From Octopus sinensis (Eukaryota): 64,000 nucleotides of DNA. This document shows positions 55,328-64,000 of the stretch, piece after piece (position 1 is the first letter of the stretch; each line of letters opens with the position of its first letter). Under the pieces are notes generated by a model. The model made no database searches and was not told the origin of the DNA. It saw nothing but the letters and a program-made list of their open reading frames with translations. The stretch lies in the NCBI RefSeq assembly GCF_006345805.1, contig NC_043000.1, positions 61,876,001 to 61,940,000 on the forward strand, written 5' to 3'. The position numbers and the translations under genes are program-made.

Positions 55328-55438
55328 ATTTCTTGCTGAAGAATCCGAGGGCTTATGGAAGATTGGCTTGATTTAATTTAATCAGGTTAGTTTACCATTA
55401 AACAGCGGAGGGAAAAACGGTTATACCGTACAAGAAAT
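55328..55438 (+). ncRNA. Hammerhead copy with corrupted 3' core
   Basis: CGGAGGGAAAAACGGTTATACCGTA replaces CGGATGAAACGGTATACCGTA. Confidence 0.6.
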
Positions 55439-55819
55439 TACAGGGTAAATGTTTTTTTTTAATTTTCTCCTGTTTACGGAATTAATCTTTATTTGCGGTA
55501 GAAGCTTTGCTGTTATTTCTAGTGGGTGAATGGCCTATTATGGCCGTTCCTTAATTGTTAATGTTGAACTTAAAAATGGTCTATGACTATTTAATTTTTT
55601 CCCACTGGGCCGCTGGGGGCAATAAAATTCTACAAAATTTTCCTTGCCATCCTATATTGATTAATTATGAATTTTTGGTTAATTCGTAATGGAATCGACG
55701 GCTGATATTTATTTGCTGCCGATAAATTTGGCGCGAGTGCGACGATTTGAAAATTTTAGGTCAGATATTGCCTGGCAAGATTGGGTATGCCTCGTGTAAA
55801 TACTGTTCCGACTTGAGCT

Positions 55820-55927
55820 ATTTCTTGCTGAAGAATCCGAGGGCTTGGAAGATTGGTGGCTTGATTTAATTTAATCAGGTTAGTTTACCATTAAACAGCG
55901 CATGAAACGGTATACCGTACAAGAAAT
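55820..55927 (+). ncRNA. Hammerhead copy with one stem II mismatch
   Basis: Core intact; CGCAT replaces CGGAT. Confidence 0.7.
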
Positions 55928-56301
55928 TACGGTAAATGTTTTTTTTTAATTTTCTCCTGTTTACGGAATTAATCTTTATTTGCGGTAGCGAGATTTGGCT
56001 GTTATTCTAGTGGGTGATGGCCTATTATGGCCGTTCCTTAATGTTAATGTTGAACTTAAAATGGTATGACTATTTAATTTTTTCCCACTGGGCGCTGGTG
56101 GCAATAAAATTCTACAAAATTCCTTGCCACCCTATATGATTAATTATGAATTTTTTGGTTAATTCCGTAATGGAATCGACGGCTGATTATTTATTTGCTG
56201 CCGATAATTTGGCGCGAGTGCGACGATTTGAAAATTTTAGGTCAGATATTGCCTTGGCAAGATTGGGTATGCCTCGTGTAAATACCTGTTCCGATTGAGC
56301 T

Positions 56302-56409
56302 ATTTCTTGCTGAAGAATCCGAGGGCTTATGGAAGATTGGCTTGATTTAATTTAATCAGGTTAGTTTACCATTAAACAGCGGATGAAACGGTTATACCGT
56401 ACAAGAAAT
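56302..56409 (+). ncRNA. Type I hammerhead ribozyme, intact core
   Basis: All stems and core present; loop III is TTATA (one extra T). Confidence 0.88.
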
Positions 56410-56654
56410 TACAGGGTAAATGTTTTTTTTAATTTTCTCCTGTTTACGGAATTAATCTTTATTTGCGGTAGAAGCTTTGGCTGGTTTTTCTAGTGGTGTG
56501 AATGGCCTAGTATGTGCCGTCCTTAATTGTTAGAATATATTATATATAATATATATATATAATATTATGTTTTTTGTTTATAGGTGTTATAGTTTTCGTG
56601 CAGATGCCATTGCTTTACAGTATTAATTGACAATCTGAAATAATTGTCCCTAAT

Positions 56655-56830
56655 AAAGGCATCGCAAACCTGAAAATTTGGGGAGCGCAGGCGGTGGCAT
56701 TGACGTGTTTGCTACTCTGTTTCGTTGACCCGGAAGGATGAGAAGCTAATTTGACTACCAGCGGGATTTGACCCTAGTACTGAAATACAAGTAAGAATTA
56801 ATGTGAGGCATTTTCCCCGATGCTCTCCCA
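56655..56830 (-). mobile_element. SINE family A, highly decayed (duplicated at ~61463-61638)
   Basis: GGAAGGATGAGAAGC...GACTACCAGCGGGATTTGA weak similarity to family A. Confidence 0.4.
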
Positions 56831-57299
56831 GTACTTCAAGCATTTGTTATTTTTAAAATAATGGCGTGTAATATTTGACTTGGCCACTTTTTTTTTTATT
56901 GCTAACGGACGTGGTTAGGTGTTTTGATGAGTAGCTTATTGAATTGTGTAATTCTTTTGGTCCGATCAAATATATTATCAATTGCATGACCAACCACGTG
57001 CCAAAAAAATGCAATTTAAGTATTATGACCCCTATTCTAATTCGTTTGGTGGAATCATGAGAGCGTTAAGCATTTTGTGCTCTAAATTCGAATCCTGTTC
57101 AGGTCATCAACGCCTTTCATTCCATACGACTCGATAAAATATAATATCAGTTACGTATAGGCATCGTTATAGTCGGCTAAGTTCCACCATGTTTCTGACT
57201 CAACATTGAGATTGTTTCAAATATCACCTCTAGGAATCTACTTACTAAATTACTGTTAGTGATAGTTGTAAATTTGGATATAAATTCAACGGAACCTTG

Positions 57300-57390
<91 letters not shown>

Positions 57391-57405
57391 TACATATATA
57401 CACAC

Positions 57406-57440
<35 letters not shown>

Positions 57441-57465
57441 CATACAACACACACACATATATATA

Positions 57466-57502
<37 letters not shown>

Positions 57503-57534
57503 CATACATACATATATATATATATATACATACA

Positions 57535-57570
<36 letters not shown>

Positions 57571-58384
57571 CATACATACATATAATATATATATATACAT
57601 ACATACACACATATATATATATATATATAATAATATATATATATATATATATATAATATATATATATATACATATATATGTACACTATATATCTTGTCGA
57701 ATTATGGATGCTAATGTTACGTTCGTGCTCAGTACCTGGAATCGGACTTAATTAAAATATGTTTCCTGTTACGTAAGTAAATATATTGTACCCACATAAA
57801 TATGTATCTATACTGTGTGAAATAAGAAAATCGTTAGCAGTTATTTATTTGATTATCTTTACGTATATATGCTACTTCTGGGAGAAATATTGATATTAGG
57901 TCTATTTGAATGTCTCGAATGCGGCCAGAACGTGAAAATCCATTGCATTCATAATGTTGCAATATTAATATTCAATCCTTTATTGAAATATTATCAAATG
58001 TAGAATACTTTATATAACAGATTTACGGTGGTTTTCTGAGCAATGCATTGTGTATGTTACAAATGAAACTCGTGTATTTATACTGATATTTATATATATT
58101 AGTGCACGTATAACATGTTTCACCCAGTATATTTAAATGTTTAACTATATATGCGTGTATATACCTATAAATATGTGCCAAATATGTTTGAACTAACTTA
58201 AAGTTGCACATGGAGCTTCTTTGAAGCAATAGGTCAGCACCTGGAAACGCAGGAAAAATATTATGTATGTATGTATGTATGTATGTATGTATGTATGTAT
58301 GTATGTATGTATGTATGTACGTATGTATATGTTATATATGTATATGTATGTATGTAGCTGTATGTATGTATGTACGTATGTATA

Positions 58385-58419
<35 letters not shown>

Positions 58420-58432
58420 TAATATATATTAT

Positions 58433-58825
58433 ACTAGAGACCCTTCTACCCTAGCCTGCTCTAGACTTAACTATTTGCTAAATCTATTAGACTCAAGTCG
58501 AATGGCTCTTTTGATGGCAACCCACCACCGGTTATTCAACACGATACCGGTGAGTGCCCTCTTGACTAACTCCTTAATCTGGTTACGGTATGTTTCGCAA
58601 GACAATACCGTTTTGTTTGTCTTTTGCTTGCGGGTTCTTGTTTTTATAACTATCCAGAAGGATAGACATATCATTGAGAACAATAGATTTAGTTGATGAT
58701 CTTGTTATCTACATTCTAGCTTTTGGTGAAGTAGAAGAGGCTAGAAGGGTCAAGTGGTGAAGACATTATTTCGGCCTAGCTAAGGCATCTGGAAAATGTA
58801 AAACTGGTGTTACAGAAAAACTATT
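58433..58825. repeat. ~390-bp block present three times (58433, 60635, 63225), each preceded by the same (TATG)n/(TA)n tract
   Basis: ACTAGAGACCCTTCTACCC...GTTACAGAAAAACTATT near-identical in all three copies. Confidence 0.9.
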
Positions 58826-59154
58826 ATATATATATATATATATATACCATCTAAGAATCCATAGGTCAGGAAAAATTACGCTCGTATATCTGTCAATAGA
58901 GTGAGTAAATTAATTGAAATGTAAACATTATTTTATATCCATTACAGCCGATCTTAGCAATCGGTTTCGCACACACACCAACACAGACCGTAGGTGTCTG
59001 TTTACCTCCAACAATGGAAAACAGTCGCCATATTCATTCATCATAACTTCCACGCGCAGCGAGTACATAATCGGACTGTTACCTAACACTCTATTGAATG
59101 TCTAGTACGATTGCTACGATCGGCCGTGCTGAATATATAATACTGTACACTTCG

Positions 59155-59193
<39 letters not shown>

Positions 59194-59194
59194 G

Positions 59195-59412
59195 CGTGTT
59201 TTTTCTCTGCTTTTGTTTGTCCCCACAACCGATTGACAGCTGATGTTGGTGTGTTTACTCGTCCGTAAATTAGCGGTTTGGCAAAAGAGAACAATAGAAT
59301 CGATACCAGTCTTTACTAAACAATAATAAGTAGTGGAGTCGATTCATTCGACTAAAAATATTCTTCAATGCAGAGTCCCGGCATGGCCGCAGTCTAATGA
59401 CTGAAACAACAA
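59195..59412 (+). mobile_element. SINE family B, 3' half, upstream of the tRNA
   Basis: GGTGTGTTTAC...TTAGCGGTTTGGCAAAAGAG...GCATGGCCGCAGTCTAATGACTGAAAC. Confidence 0.65.
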
Positions 59413-59497
59413 TAAGAAAGGAAAAAAAGAGTGTAAGTTTAAATGCGGAACGTTGAGATACGCATTGTCAGCATGATATATACAAAGTTATATGCTA

Positions 59498-59626
59498 TAT
59501 AGGCTATGATATAACATAGACTATGATATAACATATAGACTATAATGTAACATATAACATATGGACTATGGTATAAAATATGATATAAGACTATGATATA
59601 ACATATGATATAGACTATGATATAAC
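59498..59626. repeat. Degenerate minisatellite based on ATAGACTATGATATAAC, upstream of the tRNA
   Basis: About 6-7 imperfect units. Confidence 0.75.
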
Positions 59627-59790
59627 AGTCTTACCAAATTCTAATTGGAGATGTCTGTCGGATTCTCATAGAGTTAGTCAACCTAAATTATCTCGGAAAC
59701 CTGTACTAATTCATTTTATCGTACACTTAACCTAGTTTCCAACCAGACATCACCGTTAACTATTATATTTCAAATTTGACAAGTTAGTTC

Positions 59791-59872
59791 GCTGCGATGG
59801 CCGAGTGGTTAAGGCGTTGGACTCGAAATCCAATGGGATATTCCCGCACAGGTTCGAATCCTGTTCGCAGCG
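59791..59872 (+). tRNA. tRNA-Ser(CGA): tRNA-Ser, anticodon CGA, 82 nt
   Basis: Acceptor GCTGCGA/TCGCAGC, discriminator G, D arm GCC/GGC, anticodon arm TTGGA-CT-CGA-AA-TCCAA, long variable arm GGGA-TAT-TCCC, T arm ACAGG-TTCGAAT-CCTGT. Confidence 0.97.
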
Positions 59873-59878
59873 TTACGA

Positions 59879-59887
59879 TTTTTTTTT
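59879..59887 (+). terminator. RNA polymerase III oligo-dT terminator
   Basis: T9 run 6 nt downstream of the tRNA 3' end. Confidence 0.8.
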
Positions 59888-60004
59888 ATTATGGGGTTTT
59901 AAGTGTCAGTGTTTATTTTTTCTACAGATATGTCTACGATAACATTCGGTTCATTTTGAATGCATGAGGTAATCTAGAACTTGCTTTCACAATTCTGTCA
60001 GCAC

Positions 60005-60215
60005 TTCGTATCTTTTATATGCTTCAGTCGTTGAACTGGCCATGCTAGGGCGCCATCTTGAAGGTTTTAGTCGAACTTTTAGACCAGAGTACTTATTTTT
60101 ATGTATAGCTCGTATTCTGTCGGTCTCTTTTACCGAACTGTTTAATTACGGAGACGTAAGCAAGACAACACCGATTGTCAAACGGTTGAAAGGGACACAC
60201 ACACACACATACATA
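60005..60215 (-). mobile_element. SINE family B, 3' half, downstream of the tRNA, opposite orientation
   Basis: Reverse-complement match to the family B tail. Confidence 0.6.
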
Positions 60216-60595
60216 CATGCATAGAATTATTATTTATACTAACAATAATTGGAGCACTTAGTTTTGTAAGTAAATAACCTAACTGTCAATGTGGATAAGC
60301 TAGGATTTTCAGAAAAAGAAATCAACCAACTGACTCGCACATTACAAATACAATCTGTAGTAAGCGGAACAGTAAAACAAGGCAAGACTTTTTCTCAAGC
60401 TTAAAATGTGACATGGTTTTCATTATCTACATTCCAACGATGGAGCTTTGTATCTTTGTCAGAAAATAGCTCCTTCAATAATTAAAAGCAGAAGAGAAAC
60501 ATACATACATGTATGTATGTATGTATGTACGTATGTACGTATATATGTATGTATGTATGTATGTATGCATGTATGTATGTATGTACGTATGTATA

Positions 60596-60636
<41 letters not shown>

Positions 60637-61036
60637 TAGAGACCCTTCTACCCTAGCCTGCTCTAGACTTAACTATTTGCTAAATCTATTAGACTCAAGT
60701 CGAATGGCTCTTTTGATGGCAACCCACCACCGGTTATTCAACACGATACCGGTGAGTGCCCTCTTGACTAACTCCTTAATCTGGTTACGGTATGTTTCGC
60801 AAGACAATACCGTTTTGTTTGTCTTTTGCTTGCGGGTTCTTGTTTTTATAACTATCCAGAAGGATAGACATATCATTGAGAACAATAGATTTAGTTGATG
60901 ATCTTGTTATCTACATTCTAGCTTTTGGTGAAGTAGAAGAGGCTAGAAGGGTCAAGTGGTGAAGACATTATTTCGGCCTAGCTAAGGTATCTGGAAAATG
61001 TAAAACTGGTGTTACAGAAAAACTATTATATATATA

Positions 61037-61346
61037 TGCGACGATTTGAAAATTTTAGGTCAGATATTGCCTTGGCAAGATTGGGTATGCCTCGTGTAAA
61101 TACCTGTTCCGACTTGAGCTATTTCTTGCTGAAGAATCCGAGGGCTTATGGAAGATTGGCTTGATTTAATTTAATCAGGTTAGTTTACCATTAAACAGCG
61201 GATGAAACGGTATACCGTACAAGAAATTACAGGGTAAATGTTTTTTTTAATTTTCTCCTGTTTACGGAATTAATCTTTATTTGCGGTAGAAGCTTTGGCT
61301 GTTATTTCTAGTGGGTGAATGGCCTATTATGGCCGTTCCTTAATTG

Positions 61347-61351
<5 letters not shown>
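61037..61351 (+). repeat. Partial retrozyme monomer (~315 bp) with one intact hammerhead, flanked by (TA)n on both sides
   Basis: Matches the monomer consensus from TGCGACGATTTG to CCTTAATTGTTAAT; equivalent to 56219-56532. Confidence 0.93.
61121..61227 (+). ncRNA. Type I hammerhead ribozyme, intact core; predicted cleavage after 61219
   Basis: ATTTCTTG 61121-28, CTGAAGA 61129-35, 68-nt stem II domain 61136-61203, GAAAC 61204-08, GTA 61217-19, CAAGAAAT 61220-27. Confidence 0.92.
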
Positions 61352-61382
<31 letters not shown>

Positions 61383-62143
61383 CGTTATAGGTGTTATAGT
61401 TTTCGTGCAGATGCCATTGCTTTACAGTATTAATTGACAAATCTGAAATAATTGTCCCTAATAAAGGCATCGCAAACCTGAAAATTTGGGGAGCGCAGGC
61501 GGTGGCATTGACGTGTTTGCTACTCTGTTTCGTTGACCCTGGAAGGATGAGAAGCTAATTTGACTACCAGCGGGATTTGACCCTAGTACTGAAATACAAG
61601 TAAGAATTAATGTGAGGCATTTTCCCCGATGCTCTCCCAGTACTTCAAGCATTTGTTATTTTTAAAATAATGGCGTGTAATATTTGACTTGGCCACTTTT
61701 TTTTTTATTGCTAACGGACGTGGTTAGGTGTTTTGATGAGTAGCTTATTGAATTGTGTAATTCTTTTGGTCCGATCAAATATATTATCAATTGCATGACC
61801 AACCACGTGCCAAAAAAATGCAATTTAAGTATTATGACCCCTATTCTAATTCGTTTGGTGGAATCATGAGAGCGTTAAGCATTTTGTGCTCTAAATTCGA
61901 ATCCTGTTCAGGTCATCAACGCCTTTCATTCCATACGACTCGATAAAATATAATATCAGGTACGTATGGCATCGTTAGAGTCGGCTAAGTTCCACCATGT
62001 TTTTCTGACTCAACATTGAGATTGTTTCAAATATCACCTCTAGGAATCTACTTACTAATTACTGTTAGTGATAGTTGTAAATTTGGATATAATTCAACGG
62101 AACCTTGCTATATATATATAATATATATATATATAATATATAT

Positions 62144-62178
<35 letters not shown>

Positions 62179-62255
62179 TATATACACATTATATATAACA
62201 ACACACCACACCACACACACATATATATATATATTATATACATACACCACACCAC

Positions 62256-62297
<42 letters not shown>

Positions 62298-62408
62298 ATT
62301 ACATACATATATATTATATATACATACATATATATATATAATATACATATATATATATATATCTACATACATATATATATATATATATACATACATACAC
62401 ACATATAT

Positions 62409-62469
<61 letters not shown>

Positions 62470-63183
62470 TGATATATCTTGTCGAATTATGGATGCTAAT
62501 GTTACGTTCGTGCTCAGTACCTGGAATCGGACTTAATTAAAATATGTTTCCTGTTACGTAAGTAAATATATTGTACCCACATAATATATGTATCTATACT
62601 GTGTGAAATAGAAAATCGTTAGCAGTTATTTATTTGATTATCTTTACGTATATATGCTACTTCTGGGAGAAATATTGATATTAGGTCTATTTGAATGTCT
62701 CGAATGCGGCCAGAACGTGAAAATCCATTGCATTCATAATGTTGCAATATTAATATTCAATCCTTTATTGAAATATTATCAAATGTAGAATACTTTATAT
62801 AACAGATTTACGGTGGTTTTCTGAGCAATGCATTGTGTATGTTACAAATGAAACTCGTGTATTTATACTGATATTTATATATATTAGTGCACGTATAACA
62901 TGTTTCACCCAGTATATTTAAATGTTTAACTATATATGCGTGTATATACCTATAAATATGTGCCAAATATGTTTGAACTAACTTAAAGTTGCACCATGGA
63001 GCTTCTTTGAAGCAATAGGTCAGCACCTGGAAACGCAGGAAAAATATGTATGTATGTATGTGTATGTATGTATGTATGTATGTATGTATGTATGTATGTA
63101 TGTATGTACGTATGTACGTATATATGTATTATGTATGTATGTATGCATGTATGTATGTATGTACGTATGTATATATTTATATA

Positions 63184-63225
<42 letters not shown>

Positions 63226-64000
63226 CTAGAGACCCTTCTACCCTAGCCTGCTCTAGACTTAACTATTTGCTAAATCTATTAGACTCAAGTCGAATGGCTC
63301 TTTTGATGGCAACCCACCACCGGTTATTCAACACGATACCGGTGAGTGCCCTCTTGACTAACTCCTTAATCTGGTTACGGTATGTTTCGCAAGACAATAC
63401 CGTTTTGTTTGTCTTTTGCTTGCGGGTTCTTGTTTTTATTATAAAAATCCAGAAGGATAGACATATCATTGAGAACAATAGATTTAGTTGATGATCTTGT
63501 TATCTACATTCTAGCTTTTGGTGAAGTAGAAGAGGCTAGAGAGGTCAAGTGGTGAAGACATCATATATTTCGGCCTAGCTAAGGCATCTGGAAAATGTAA
63601 AACTGGTGTTACAGAAAAACTATTATATATATATATTATATATATATATAATATATACCATCTAAGAATCCATAGGTCAGGAAAAATTACGCTCGTATAT
63701 CTGTCAATAGAGTGAGTAAATTAATTGAAATGTACATTATTTTATATCCATTACAGCCGATCTTAGCAATCGGTTTCGCACACCAACCACAGACCGTAGG
63801 TGTCTGTTTACCTCCAACAATGGAAAACAGTCGCCATATTTCATTCCATAACTTCCACGCGCAGAGTTACATAATCGGACTGTTACCTAACACTCTATTG
63901 AATGTCTAGTACGATTGCTACGATCGGCCGTGCTGAATATATAATACTGTACACTTCGATAAATATATATATATATAATATATATATATATATATGCGTG

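Larger units (their letters stand above)
53829..56532 (+). repeat. Retrozyme-like tandem array, right arm: ~5.5 monomers in inverted orientation; hammerhead on plus strand
   Basis: Reverse complement of the left-arm monomer, from TGTAAATACC at 53829 to CCTTAATTGTTA at ~56532, then (TA)n. Carries many more small indels than the left arm. Confidence 0.93.
56219..59198 (+). repeat. Segmental duplication, copy 1 (copy 2 is 61037 to window end)
   Basis: Unique blocks and microsatellite patterns repeat colinearly at an offset of ~4.8 kb with near identity. Confidence 0.9.
61037..64000 (+). repeat. Segmental duplication, copy 2, truncated by the window
   Basis: Colinear with 56219-59198, ending at TATGCGTG. 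Confidence 0.9.

Noticed and set aside
51565-56532. CRISPR array or centromeric satellite interpretation
   Set aside because: No repeat-spacer alternation and no cas genes; the monomer is explained by a hammerhead and RNA-level structure.
57085-57105. TTCGAATCCTGTTC resembling the tRNA-Ser T arm
   Set aside because: Isolated B-box inside a decayed SINE head; no cloverleaf.
58471-58683. ORF repeated three times (MFSMICLSFW...)
   Set aside because: Recurs only because the 390-bp block is triplicated; at most a weak resemblance to a LINE ORF2 linker.

Overview
Eukaryotic, AT-rich, microsatellite-dense DNA. The SINE families and repeat load look cephalopod (Octopus-like), which is an inference, not a database result. 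No intact protein-coding gene is supportable; nearly all ORF-track entries are microsatellite or low-complexity artefacts. The main signal is a tandem array of a ~492-bp monomer at 51565-56532, with a 315-bp partial copy at 61037-61351. Each monomer carries a complete type I hammerhead ribozyme (8-bp stem I, CUGAAGA core, 5-bp stem II extended by a 19-position hairpin, GAAAC-GG-UAUA-CC-GUA cleavage arm), and the rest of the monomer is highly self-complementary. This is a non-LTR retrozyme architecture predicting ~492-nt self-cleaved linear or circular RNAs. The array switches orientation at 53828 (5'-to-5' in ribozyme sense), and its cleanly readable ribozyme-sense 3' ends (51565, 61351) stop at TTAAT followed by (AT)n, suggesting twin-primed, rolling-circle retrotransposition into a TA microsatellite. 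Assembly artefact is not excluded. Also present: tRNA-Ser(CGA) at 59791-59872 between two copies of a ~3-kb duplicated segment (offset ~4.8 kb), a 5'-truncated R4/Dong-type retrotransposon (44700-46640), a Penelope-like GIY-YIG remnant, a CR1-like LINE 3' end sharing its tail with a SINE family, decayed minimal hammerheads in other repeats, Helitron-like and MITE-like elements, and a probable decayed adhesion-GPCR-like sequence (17328-18810).
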